A DNA stretch of 64,000 bases from Eledone cirrhosa (taxonomy: Eukaryota). The translations under genes and the position numbers were made by a program. The DNA is taken from positions 12,834,001-12,898,000 of the forward strand of contig OZ024766.1 in the NCBI GenBank assembly GCA_964016885.1, given 5' to 3'. Positions 1 to 15,000 of the stretch are shown here, piece after piece. The notes under the pieces are model-generated. The model saw nothing but the letters and a program-made list of their open reading frames with translations. It did not search any database and had not been told where the DNA came from. Within the stretch, counting starts at the first letter, position 1; each line of letters starts with the position of its first letter.

Positions 1-3000
1 TGGGACTATTGCTATGTTAACTACAGGAGCTAATATCCTAGGGACTATTGCTATGTTAACTAAAAGAGCTAATATCCTGGGTACTATTGCTATGTTAACT
101 AAAGGAGCTAATATCCTAGGGACTATTGCTATGTTAACTAAAGGAGCTAATATCCTAGGGACTATTGCTATGTTAACTACAGGAGCTAATATCCTAGCGA
201 CTATTGCTATGTTAACTAAAGGAGCTAATATCCTGGGGTCTATTGCTATGTTAACTAAAGGAGCTAATATCCTGGGGACTATTGCTATGTTAACTAAAGG
301 AGCTAATATCCTGGGGACTATTGCTATGTTAACTAAAGGAGCTAATATCCTGGGGACTATTGCTCTGTTAACTACAGGAGCTAATATCCTAGGGACTATT
401 GCTATGTTAACTACAGGAGCTAATATCCTGGGGACTATTGCTATGTTAACTACAGGAGCTAATATCCTGGGGACTATTGCTATGTTAACTACAGGAGCTA
501 ATATCCTGGGGACTATTGCTATGTTAACTACAGGAGCTAATATCCTGGGGACTATTGCTATGTTAACTACCGGAGCTAATATCCTACGGACTATTGCTAT
601 GTTAACTACAGGAGCTAATATCCTGGGGACTATTGCTATGTTAACTAAAGGAGTTAATATCCTAGGGACTATTGCTATGTTAACTAAAGGAGCTAATATC
701 CTGGGGACTATTGCTATGTTAACTAAAGGAGCTAATATCCTGGGGACTATTGCTATGTTAACTACAGGAGTTAATATCCTGGGGACTATTGCTATGTTAA
801 CTAAAGGAGCTAATATCCTATGGACTATTGCTATGTTAACTACAGGAGCTAATATCCTGGGGACTATTGCTATGTTAACTAAAGGAGCTAATATCCTGGG
901 GACTATTGCTATGTTAACTAAAGGAGCTAATATCCTAGGGACTATTGCTATGTTAACTACGGGAGCTAATATCCTGGGGACTATTGCTATGTTAACTACA
1001 GGAGCTAATATCCTAGGGACTATTGCTATGTTAACTACAGGAGCTAATATCCTAGGGACTATTGCTATGTTAACTACAGGAGCTAATATCCTGGGGACTA
1101 TTGCTATGTTAACTACAGGAGCTAATGTCCTAGGGACTATTGCTATGTTAACTAAAGGAGCTTATATCCTGGGGACTATTGCTATCTTAACTACAGGAGC
1201 TAATATCCTGGGGACTATTGCTATGTTAACTAAAGGAGCTAATATCCTGGGGACTATTGCTATGTTAACTAAAGGAGCTAATATCCTGGGGACTATTGCT
1301 ATGTTAACTAAAGGAGCTAATATCCTGGGGGCTATTGCTATGTTAACTACAGGAGCTTATATCCTGGGGACTATTGCTATGTTAACTAAAGGAGCTAATA
1401 TCCTGGGGACTATTGCTATGTTAACTAAAGGAGCTAATATCCTGGGGACTATTGCTATGTTAACTAAAGGAGCTGATATCCTCGGGACTATTGCTATGTT
1501 AACTAAAGGAGCTAATATCCTGGGGTCTATTGCTATGTTAACTACAGGAGCTAATATCCTGGGGACTATTGCTGTGTTAACTAAAGGAGCTAATATCCTG
1601 GGGTCTATTGCTATGTTAACTAAAGGAGCTAATATCCTGGGGACTATTGCTATGTTAACTACAGGAGCTAATATCCTGGGGACTATTGCTATGTTAACTA
1701 CCAGAGCTAATATCCTAGGGACTATTGCTATGTTAACTACAGGAGCTAATATCCTGGGGACTATTGCTATGTTAACTAAAGGAGTTAATATCCTAGGGAC
1801 TATTGCTATGTTAACTAAAGGAGCTAATATCCTGGGGACTATTGCTATGTTAACTAAAGGAGCTAATATCCTGGGGACTATTGCTATGTTAACTACAGGA
1901 GTTAATATCCTGGGGACTATTGCTATGTTAACTAAAGGAGCTAATATCCTATGGACTATTGCTATGTTAACTACAGGAGCTAATATCCTGGGGACTATTG
2001 CTATGTTAACTAAAGGAGCTAATATCCTGGGGATTATTGCTATGTTAACTAAATGAGCTAATATCCTAGGGACTATTGCTATGTTAACTACGGGAGCTAA
2101 TATCCTGGGGACTATTGCTATGTTAACTACAGGAGCTAATATCCTAGGGACTATTGCTATGTTAACTACAGGAGCTAATATCCTAGGGACTATTGCTATG
2201 TTAACTACAGGAGCTAATATCCTGGGGACTATTGCTATGTTAACTACAGGAGCTAATATCCTAGGGACTATTGCTATGTTAACTAAAGGAGCTTATATCC
2301 TGGGGACTATTGCTATGTTAACTACAGGAGCTAATATCCTAGGGACTATTGCTATGTTAACTAAAGGAGCTAATATCCTAGGGACTATTGCTATGTTAAC
2401 TAAAGGAGCTAATATCCTGGGGTCTATTGCTATGTTAACTAAAGGAGCTAATATCCTGGGGACTATTGCTATGTTAACTACAGGAGCTAATATCCTAGGG
2501 ACTATTGCTATGTTAACTAAAGGAGCTAATATCCTAGGGACTATTGCTATGTTAACTACAGGAGCTAATATCCTGGGGACTATTGCTATGTTAACTAAAG
2601 GAGCTAATATCCTAGGGACTATTGCTATGTTAACTACAGGAGCTAATATCCTGGGGACTATTGCTATGTTAACTACAGGAGCTAATATCCTGGGGACTAT
2701 TGCTATGTTAACTACAGGAGCTAATATCCTAGTGACTATTGCTATGTTAACTACAGGAGCTAATATCCTAGGGACTATTGCTATGTTAACTACAGGAGCT
2801 AATATCCTGGGGACTATTGCTATGTTAACTAAAGGAGCTAATATCCTAGGGACTATTGCTATGTTAACTACAGGAGCTAATATCCTGGGGACTATTGCTA
2901 TGTTAACTACAGGAGCTAATATCCTGAGGACTATTGCTATGTGAACTATAGGAGCTAATATCCTAGGGACTATTGCTATGTTAACTAAAGGAGCTAATAT

Positions 3001-6000
3001 CCTAGGGACTATTGCTATGTTAACTACAGGAGCTAATATCCTAGGGACTATTGCTATGTTACCTACAGGAGCTAATATCCTAGGGACTATTGCTATGTTA
3101 ACTACAGGAGCTAATATCCTAGGGACTATTGCTATGTTAACTAAAGGAGCTAATATCCTAGGGACTATTGCTATGTTAACTAAAGGAGCTAATATCCTAG
3201 GAACTATTGCTATGTTAACTACAGGAGCTAATATCCTGGGGACTATTGCTATGTTAACTACAGGAGCTAATATCCTGGGGACTATTGCAATGTTAACTAA
3301 AGGAGCTAATATCCTGGAGACTATTGCTATGTTAACTAAAGGAGCTAATATCCTGGGGACTATTGCTATGTTAACTAAAGGAGCTAATATCCTGGGGTCT
3401 ATTGCTATGTTAACTACAGGAGCTAATATCCTGGGGACTATTGCTATGTTAACTAAAGGAGCTAATATCCTGGGGACTATTGCTATGTTAACTACAGGAG
3501 CTAATATCCTGGGAACTATTGCTATGTTAACTACAGGAGCTAATATCCTGGGGACTATTGCTATGTTAACTAAAGTAGCTAATATCCTGGGGACTATTGC
3601 TATGTTAACTACAGGAGCTAATATCCTGGGGACTATTGCTATGTTAACTAAAGGAGCTAATATCCTGGGGACTATTGCTATGTTAACTACAGGAGCTAAT
3701 ATCCTGGGGACTATTGCTATGTTAACTAAAGGAGCTAATATCCTGGGAACTATTGCTATGTTAACTACAGGAGCTAATATCCTGGGGACTATTGCTATGT
3801 TAACTAAAGAAGCTAATATCCTGGGGACTATTGCTATGTTAACTACAGGAGCTAATATCCTGGGGACTATTGCTATGTTAACTAAAGGAGCTAATATCCT
3901 GGGGACTATTGCTATGTTAACTACAGGAGCTAATATCCTGGGGACTATTGCTATGTTAACTACAGGAGCTAATATCCTAGGGACTATTGCTATGTTAACT
4001 ACAGGAGCTAATATCCTAGGGACTATTGCTATGTTAACTACAGGAGCTAATATCCTAGGGACTATTGCTATGTTAACTAAAGGAGCTAATATCCTAGGGA
4101 CTATTGCTATGTTAACTAAAGGAGCTAATATCCTGGGGACTATTGCTACGTTAACTAAAAGAGCTAATATCCTAGGGACTATTGCTATGTTAACTAAAGG
4201 AGCTAATATCCTAGGGACTATTGTTATGTTAACTAAAGGAGCTAATATCCTGGGGTCTATTGCTATGTTAACTAAAGGAGCTAATATCCTAGTGACTATT
4301 GCTATGTTAACTAAAGGAGCTAATATCCTAGGGACTATTGCTATGTTAACTACAGGAGCTAATATCCTAGGGACTATTGCTATGTTAACTAAAGGAGTTA
4401 ATATCCTGGGGACTATTGCTATGTTAACTACAGGAGCTAATATCCTGGGGACTATTGCTATGTTAACTAAAGGAGCTAATATCCTAGGGACTATTGCTAT
4501 GTTAACTACAGGAGCTAATATCCTGGGGACTATTGCTATGTTAACTAAAGGAGCTAATATCCTAGGGACTATTGCTATGTTAACTACAGGAGCTAATATC
4601 CTAGGGATTATTGCTATGTTAACTAAAGGAGCTAATATCCTGGGGTCTATTGCTATGTTAACTAAAGGAGCTAATATCCTGGGGACTATTGCTATGTTAA
4701 CTAAAGGAGCTAATATCCTGGGGACTATTGCTATGTTAACTAAAGGAGCTAATATCCTGGGGACTATTGCTATGTTAACTAAAGGAGCTAATATCCTGGG
4801 GACTATTGCTATGTTAACTAAAGGAGCTAATATCCTGGGGACTATTGCTATGTTAACTACAGGAGCTAATATCCTGGGGACTATTGCTATGTTAACTACA
4901 GGAGCTAATATCCTAGGGACTATTGCTATGTTAACTACAGGAGCTAATATCCTGGGGACTATTGCTATGTTAACTACAGGAGCTAATATCCTGGGGACTA
5001 TTGCTATGTTAACTAAAGGAGCTAATATCCTAGGGACTATTGCTATGTTAACTAAAGGAGCTAATATCCTGGGGACTATTGGTATGTTAACTAAAGGAGC
5101 TAATATCCTAGGGACTATTGCTATGTTAACTACAGGAGTTAATATCCTGGGGACTATTGCTATGTTAACTAAAGGAGCTAATATCCTAGGGACTATTGCT
5201 ATGTTAACTAAAGGAGCTAATATCCTGGGGACTATTGCTATGTTAACTAAAGGAGCTAATATCCTGGGGACTATTGCTATGTTAACTAAAGGAGCTAATA
5301 TCCTAGGGACTATTGCTATGTTAACTACAGGAGCTAATATCCTGGGGACTATTGCTATGTTAACTAAAGGAGCTAATATCCTGGGGACTATTGCTATGTT
5401 AACTACAGGAGCTAATATCCTAGGGACTATTGCTATGTTAACTACAGGAGCTAATATCCTAGGGACTATTGCTATGTTAACTAAAGGAGCTAATATCCTA
5501 GGGACTATTGCTATGTTAACTACAGGAGCTAATATCCTAGGGACTATTGCTATGTTAACTACAGGAGCTAATATCCTGGGGACTATTGCTATGTTAACTA
5601 CAGGAGCTAATATCCTGGGGACTATTGCTATGTTAACTACAGGAGCTAATATCCTGGGGACTATTGCAATGTTAACTAAAGGAGCTAATATCCTGGAGAC
5701 TATTGCTATGTTAACTAAAGGAGCTAATATCCTGGGGACTATTGCTATGTTAACTAAAGGAGCTAATATCCTGGGGACTATTGCTATGTTAACTAAAGGA
5801 GCTAATATCCTGGGGACTATTGCTATGTTAACTACAGGAGCTAATATCCTGGGGACTATTGCTATGTTAAGTAAAGGAGCTAATATCCTGGGAACTATTG
5901 CTATGTTAACTACAGGAGCTAATATCCTGGGGACTATTGCTATGTTAACTAAAGGAGCTAATATCCTGGGGACTATTGCTATGTTAACTACAGGAGCTAA

Positions 6001-9000
6001 TATCCTGGGGACTATTGCTATGTTAACTAAAGGAGCTAATATCCTGGGGACTATTGCTATGTTAACTACAGGAGCTAATATCCTGGGGACTATTGCTATG
6101 TTAACTAAAGGAGCTAATATCCTGGGAACTATTGCTATGTTAACTACAGGAGCTAATATCCTGGGGACTATTGCTATGTTAACTAAAGGAGCTAATATCC
6201 TGGGGACTATTGCTATGGTAACTACAGGAGCTAATATCCTGGGGACTATTGCTATGTTAACTAAAGGAGCTAATATCCTGGGGACTATTGCTATGTTAAC
6301 TACAGGAGCTAATATCCTGGGGACTATTGCTATGTTAACTACAGGAGCTAATATCCTGGGGACTATTGCAATGTTAACTAAAGGAGCTAATATCCTGGAG
6401 ACTATTGCTATGTTAACTAAAGGAGCTAATATCCTGGGGACTATTGCTATGTTAACTAAAGGAGCTAATATCCTGGGGTCTATTGCTATGTTAACTACAG
6501 GAGCTAATATCCTGGGGACTATTGCTATGTTAACTAAAAGAGCTAATATCCTGGGGACTATTGCTATGTTAACTACAGGAGCTAATATCCTGGGGACTAT
6601 TGCTATGTTAACTAAAGGAGCTAATATCCTGGGAGCTATTGCTATGTTAACTACAGGAGCTAATATCCTGGGGACTATTGCTATGTTAACTAAAGGAGCT
6701 AATATCCTGGGGACTATTGCTATGTTAACTACAGGAGCTAATATCCTGGGGACTATTGCTATGTTAACTAAAGGAGCTAATATCCTGGGAACTATTGCTA
6801 TGTTAACTACAGGAGCTAATATCCTGGGGACTATTGCTATGTTAACTAAAGGAGCTAATATCCTGGGGACTATTGCTATGTTAACTACAGGAGCTAATAT
6901 CCTGGGGACTATTGCTATGTTAACTAAAGGAGCTAATATCCTGGGGACTATTGCTATGTTAACTACAGGATCTAATATCCTGGGGACTATTGCTATGTTA
7001 ACTACAGGAGCTAATATCCTAGGGACTATTGCTATGTTAACTACAGGAGCTAATATCCTAGGGACTATTGCTATGTTAACTACAGGAGCTAATATCCTAG
7101 GGACTATTGCTATGTTAACTAAAGGAGCTAATATCCTAGGGACTATTGCTATGTTAACTAAAGGAGCTAATATCCTGGGGACTATTGCTACGTTAACTAA
7201 AAGAGCTAATATCCTAGGGACTATTGCTATGTTAACTAAAGGAGCTAATATCCTAGGGACTATTGTTATGTTAACTAAAGGAGCTAATATCCTGGGGTCT
7301 ATTGCTATGTTAACTAAAGGAGCTAATATCCTAGTGACTATTGCTATGTTAACTAAAGGAGCTAATATCCTAGGGACTATTGCTATGTTAACTACAGGAG
7401 CTAATATCCTAGGGACTATTGCTATGTTAACTAAAGGAGTTAATATCCTGGGGACTATTGCTATGTTAACTACAGGAGCTAATATCCTGGGGACTATTGC
7501 TATGTTAACTAAAGGAGCTAATATCCTAGGGACTATTACTATGTTAACTACAGGAGCTAATATCCTGGGGACTATTGCTATGTTAACTAAAGGAGCTAAT
7601 ATCCTAGGGACTATTGCTATGTTAACTACAGGAGCTAATATCCTAGGGATTATTGCTATGTTAACTAAAGGAGCTAATATCCTGGGGTCTATTGCTATGT
7701 TAACTAAAGGAGCTAATATCCTGGGGACTATTGCTATGTTAACTAAAGGAGCTAATATCCTGGGGACTATTGCTATGTTAACTAAAGGAGCTAATATCCT
7801 GGGGACTATTGCTATGTTAACTAAAGGAGCTAATATCCTGGGGACTATTGCTATGTTAACTAAAGGAGCTAATATCCTGGGGACTATTGCTATGTTAATT
7901 ACAGGAGCTAATATCCTGGGACTATTGCTATGTTAACTACAGGAGCTAATATCCTAGGGACTATTGCTATGTTAACTACAGGAGCTAATATCCTGGGGAC
8001 TATTGCTATGTTAACTACAGGAGCTAATATCCTGGGGACTATTGCTATGTTAACTAAAGGAGCTAATATCCTAGGGACTATTGCTATGTTAACTAAAGGA
8101 GCTAATATCCTGGGGACTATTGGTATGTTAACTAAAGGTGCTAATATCCTGGGGACTATTGCTATGTTAACTAAAGGAGCTAATATCCTAGGGACTATTG
8201 CTATGTTAACTACAGCAGTTAATATCCTGGGGACTATTGCTATGTTAACTAAAGGAGCTAATATCCTAGGGACTATTGCTATGTTAACTAAAGGAGTTAA
8301 TATCCTGGGGACTATTGCTATGTTAACTAAAGGAGCTAATATCCTGGGGACTATTGCTATGTTAACTAAAGGAGCTAATATCCTAGGGACTATTGCTATG
8401 TTAACTACAGGAGCTAATATCCTGGGGACTATTGCTATGTTAACTAAAGGAGCTAATATCCTGGGGACTATTGCTATGTTAACTACAGGAGCTAATATCC
8501 TAGGGACTATTGCTATGTTAACTACAGGAGCTAATATCCTAGGGACTATTGCTATGTTAACTAAAGGAGCTAATATCCTAGGGACTATTGCTATGTTAAC
8601 TACAGGAGCTAATATCCTAGGGACTATTGCTATGTTAACTACAGGAGCTAATATCCTGGGGACTATTGCTATGTTAACTACAGGAGCTAATATCCTGGGG
8701 ACTATTGCTATGTTAACTACAGGAGCTAATATCCTGGGGACTATTGCAATGTTAACTAAAGGAGCTAATATCCTGGAGACTATTGCTATGTTAACTAAAG
8801 GAGCTAATATCCTGGGGACTATTGCTATGTTAACTAAAGGAGCTAATATCCTGGGGTCTATTGCTATGTTAACTACAGGAGCTAATATCCTGGGGACTAT
8901 TGCTATGTTAACTAAAGGAGCTAATATCCTGGGGACTATTGCTATGTTAACTACAGGAGCTAATATCCTGGGGACTATTGCTATGTTAACTAAAGGAGCT

Positions 9001-12000
9001 AATATCCTGGGAACTATTGCTATGTTAACTACAGGAGCTAATATCCTGGGGACTATTGCTATGTTAACTAAAGGAGCTAATATCCTGGGGACTATTGCTA
9101 TGTTAACTACAGGAGCTAATATCCTGGGGACTATTTCTATGTTAACTAAAGGAGCTAATATCCTGGGGACTATTGCTATGTTAACTACAGGAGCTAATAT
9201 CCTGGGGACTATTGCTATGTTAAATAAAGGAGCTAATATCCTGGGAACTATTGCTATGTTAACTACAGGAGCTAATATCCTGGGGACTATTGCTATGTTA
9301 ACTAATGGAGCTAATATCCTGGGGACTATTGCTATGGTAACTACAGGAGCTAATATCCTGGGGACTATTGCTATGTTAACTACAGGAGCTAATATCCTGG
9401 GGACTATTGCTATGTTAACTACAGGAGCTAATATCCTAGGGACTATTGCTATGTTAACTACAGGAGCTAATATCCTAGGGACTATTGCTATGTTAACTAC
9501 AGGAGCTAATATCCTAGGGACTATTGCTATGTTAACTAAAGGAGCTAATATCCTAGGGACTATTGCTATGTTAACTAAAGGAGCTAATATCCTGGGGACT
9601 ATTGCTACGTTAACTAAAAGAGCTAATATCCTAGGGACTATTGCTATGTTAACTAAAGGAGCTAATATCCTTGGGACTATTGTTATGTTAACTAAAGGAG
9701 CTAATATCCTGGGGTCTATTGCTATGTTAACTAAAGGAGCTAATATCCTAGTGACTATTGCTATGTTAACTAAAGGAGCTAATATCCTAGGGACTATTGC
9801 TATGTTAACTACAGGAGCTAATATCCTAGGGACTATTGCTATGTTAACTAAAGGAGTTAATATCCTGGGGACTATTGCTATGTTAACTACAGGAGCTAAT
9901 ATCCTGGGGACTATTGCTATGTTAACTAAAGGAGCTAATATCCTAGGGACTATTGCTATGTTAACTACAGGAGCTAATATCCTGGGGACTATTGCTATGT
10001 TAACTAAAGGAGCTAATATCCTAGGGACTATTGCTATGTTAACTACAGGAGCTAATATCCTAGGGATTATTGCTATGTTAACTAAAGGAGCTAATATCCT
10101 GGGGTCTATTGCTATGTTAACTAAAGGAGCTAATATCCTGGGGACTATTGCTATGTTAACTAAAGGAGCTAATATCCTGGGGACTATTGCTATGTTAACT
10201 AAAGGAGCTAATATCCTGGGGACTATTGCTATGTTAACTAAAGGAGCTAATATCCTGGGGACTATTGCTATGTTAACTAAAGGAGCTAATATCCTGGGGA
10301 CTATTGCTATGTTAACTACAGGAGCTAATATCCTGGGGACTATTGCTATGTTAACTACAGGAGCTAATATCCTAGGGACTATTGCTATGTTAACTACAGG
10401 AGCTAATATCCTGGGGACTATTGCTATGTTAACTACAGGAGCTAATATCCTGGGGACTATTGCTATGTTAACTAAAGGAGCTAATATCCTAGGGACTATT
10501 GCTATGTTAACTAAAGGAGCTAATATCCTGGGGACTATTGCTATGTTAACTAAAGGTGCTAATATCCTGGGGACTATTGCTATGTTAACTAAAGGAGCTA
10601 ATATCCTAGGGACTATTGCTATGTTAACTACAGGAGTTAATATCCTGGGGACTATTGCTATGTTAACTAAAGGAGCTAATATCCTAGGGACTATTGCTAT
10701 GTTAACTAAAGGAGCTAATATCCTGGGGACTATTGCTATGTTAACTAAAGGAGCTAATATCCTGGGGACTATTGCTATGTTAACTAAAGGAGCTAATATC
10801 CTAGGGACTATTGCTATGTTAACTACAGGAGCTAATATCCTGGGGACTATTGCTATGTTAACTAAAGGAGCTAATATCCTGGGGACTATTGCTATGTTAA
10901 CTACAGGAGCTAATATCCTAGGGACTATTGCTATGTTAACTACAGGAGCTAATATCCTAGGGACTATTGCTATGTTAACTAAGGGAGCTAATATCCTAGG
11001 GACTATTGCTATGTTAACTACAGGAGCTAATATCCTAGGGACTATTGCTATGTTAACTACAGGAGCTAATATCCTGGGGACTATTGCTATGTTAACTACA
11101 GGAGCTAATATCCTGGGGTCTATTGCTATGTTAACTAAAGGAGCTAATATCCTGGGGACTATTGCTATGTTAACTAAAGGAGTTAATATCCTGGGGACTA
11201 TTACTATGTTAACTACAGGAGCTAATATCCTGGGGACTATTGCTATGTTAACTAAAGGAGCTAATATCCTGGGGACTATTGCTATGTTAACTAAAGGAGC
11301 TAATATCCTGGGGACTATTGCTATGTTAACTAAAGGAGCTAATATCCTGGGAACTATTGCTATGTTAACTAAAGGAGCTAATATCCTGGGGACTATTGCT
11401 ATGTTAACTAAAGGAGCTAATATCCTAGGGACTATTGCTATGTTAACTAAAGGAGCTAATATCCTGGGGACTATTGCTATGTTAACTAAAGGAGTTAATA
11501 TCCTGGGGACTATTGCTATGTTAACTAAAGGAGCTAATATCCTAGGGACTATTGCTATGTTAACTAAAGGACCTAATATCCTGGGGTCTATTGCTATGTT
11601 AACTAAAGGAGCTAATATCCTAGGGACTATTGCTATGTTAACTAAAGGAGCTAATATCCTGGGGACTATTGTTATGTTAACTAAAGGAGCTAATATCCTG
11701 GGGACTATTGTTATGTTAACTAAAGGAGCTAATATCCTGGGGACTATTGCTATGTTAACTAAAGGAGCTATTATCCTGGGGTCTTTTGCTATGTTAACTA
11801 AAGGAGCTAATATCCTAGGGACTATTGCTATGTTAACTAAAGGAGCTAATATCCTGGGGTCTATTGCTATGTTAACTAAAGGAGTTAATATCCTGGGGAC
11901 TATTGCTATGTTAACTAAAGGAGCTAATATCCTAGGGACTATTGCTATGTTAACTAAAGGAGCTAATATCCTAGGGACTATTGCTATATTTAACTAAAGG

Positions 12001-15000
12001 AGCTAATATCCTGGGGTCTATTGCTATGTTAACTAAAGGAGCTAATATCCTGGGGACTATTGCTATGTTAACTACAGGAGCTAATATCCTGGGGACTATT
12101 GCTATGTTAACTAAAGGAGCTAATATCCTGGGGACTATTGCTATGTTAACTACAGGAGCTAATATCCTAGGGACTATTGCTATGTTAACTACAGGAGCTA
12201 ATATCCTAGGGACTATTGCTATGTTAACTAAAGGAGCTAATATCCTAGGGACTATTGCTATGTTAACTACAGGAGCTAATATCCTAGGGACTATTGCTAT
12301 GTTAACTACAGGAGCTAATATCCTGGGGACTATTGCTATGTTAACTACAGGAGCTAATATCCTGGGGACTATTGCTATGTTAACTACAGGAGCTAATATC
12401 CTGGGGACTATTGCAATGTTAACTAAAGGAGCTAATATCCTGGAGACTATTGCTATGTTAACTAAAGGAGCTAATATCCTGGGGACTATTGCTATGTTAA
12501 CTAAAGGAGCTAATATCCTGGGGTCTATTGCTATGTTAACTACAGGAGCTAATATCCTGGGGACTATTGCTATGTTAACTAAAGGAGCTAATATCCTGGG
12601 GACTATTGCTATGTTAACTACAGGAGCTAATATCCTGGGGACTATTGCTATGTTAACTAAAGGAGCTAATATCCTGGGAACTATTGCTATGTTAACTACA
12701 GGAGCTAATATCCTGGGGACTATTGCTATGTTAACTAAAGGAGCTAATATCCTGGGGACTATTGCTATGTTAACTACAGGAGCTAATATCCTGGGGACTA
12801 TTTCTATGTTAACTAAAGGAGCTAATATCCTGGGGACTATTGCTATGTTAACTACAGGAGCTAATATCCTGGGGACTATTGCTATGTTAAATAAAGGAGC
12901 TAATATCCTGGGAACTATTGCTATGTTAACTACAGGAGCTAATATCCTGGGGACTATTGCTATGTTAACTAATGGAGCTAATATCCTGGGGACTATTGCT
13001 ATGGTAACTACAGGAGCTAATATCCTGGGGACTATTGCTATGTTAACTACAGGAGCTAATATCCTGGGGACTATTGCTATGTTAACTACAGGAGCTAATA
13101 TCCTAGGGACTATTGCTATGTTAACTACAGGAGCTAATATCCTAGGGACTATTGCTATGTTAACTACAGGAGCTAATATCCTAGGGACTATTGCTATGTT
13201 AACTAAAGGAGCTAATATCCTAGGGACTATTGCTATGTTAACTAAAGGAGCTAATATCCTGGGGACTATTGCTACGTTAACTAAAAGAGCTAATATCCTA
13301 GGGACTATTGCTATGTTAACTAAAGGAGCTAATATCCTTGGGACTATTGTTATGTTAACTAAAGGAGCTAATATCCTGGGGTCTATTGCTATGTTAACTA
13401 AAGGAGCTAATATCCTAGTGACTATTGCTATGTTAACTAAAGGAGCTAATATCCTAGGGACTATTGCTATGTTAACTACAGGAGCTAATATCCTAGGGAC
13501 TATTGCTATGTTAACTAAAGGAGTTAATATCCTGGGGACTATTGCTATGTTAACTACAGGAGCTAATATCCTGGGGACTATTGCTATGTTAACTAAAGGA
13601 GCTAATATCCTAGGGACTATTGCTATGTTAACTACAGGAGCTAATATCCTGGGGACTATTGCTATGTTAACTAAAGGAGCTAATATCCTAGGGACTATTG
13701 CTATGTTAACTACAGGAGCTAATATCCTAGGGATTATTGCTATGTTAACTAAAGGAGCTAATATCCTGGGGTCTATTGCTATGTTAACTAAAGGAGCTAA
13801 TATCCTGGGGACTATTGCTATGTTAACTAAAGGAGCTAATATCCTGGGGACTATTGCTATGTTAACTAAAGGAGCTAATATCCTGGGGACTATTGCTATG
13901 TTAACTAAAGGAGCTAATATCCTGGGGACTATTGCTATGTTAACTAAAGGAGCTAATATCCTGGGGACTATTGCTATGTTAACTACAGGAGCTAATATCC
14001 TGGGGACTATTGCTATGTTAACTACAGGAGCTAATATCCTAGGGACTATTGCTATGTTAACTACAGGAGCTAATATCCTGGGGACTATTGCTATGTTAAC
14101 TACAGGAGCTAATATCCTGGGGACTATTGCTATGTTAACTAAAGGAGCTAATATCCTAGGGACTATTGCTATGTTAACTAAAGGAGCTAATATCCTGGGG
14201 ACTATTGCTATGTTAACTAAAGGTGCTAATATCCTGGGGACTATTGCTATGTTAACTAAAGGAGCTAATATCCTAGGGACTATTGCTATGTTAACTACAG
14301 GAGTTAATATCCTGGGGACTATTGCTATGTTAACTAAAGGAGCTAATATCCTAGGGACTATTGCTATGTTAACTAAAGGAGCTAATATCCTGGGGACTAT
14401 TGCTATGTTAACTAAAGGAGCTAATATCCTGGGGACTATTGCTATGTTAACTAAAGGAGCTAATATCCTAGGGACTATTGCTATGTTAACTACAGGAGCT
14501 AATATCCTGGGGACTATTGCTATGTTAACTAAAGGAGCTAATATCCTGGGGACTATTGCTATGTTAACTACAGGAGCTAATATCCTAGGGACTATTGCTA
14601 TGTTAACTACAGGAGCTAATATCCTAGGGACTATTGCTATGTTAACTAAGGGAGCTAATATCCTAGGGACTATTGCTATGTTAACTACAGGAGCTAATAT
14701 CCTAGGGACTATTGCTATGTTAACTACAGGAGCTAATATCCTGGGGACTATTGCTATGTTAACTACAGGAGCTAATATCCTGGGGTCTATTGCTATGTTA
14801 ACTAAAGGAGCTAATATCCTGGGGACTATTGCTATGTTAACTAAAGGAGTTAATATCCTGGGGACTATTACTATGTTAACTACAGGAGCTAATATCCTGG
14901 GGACTATTGCTATGTTAACTAAAGGAGCTAATATCCTGGGGACTATTGCTATGTTAACTAAAGGAGCTAATATCCTGGGGACTATTGCTATGTTAACTAA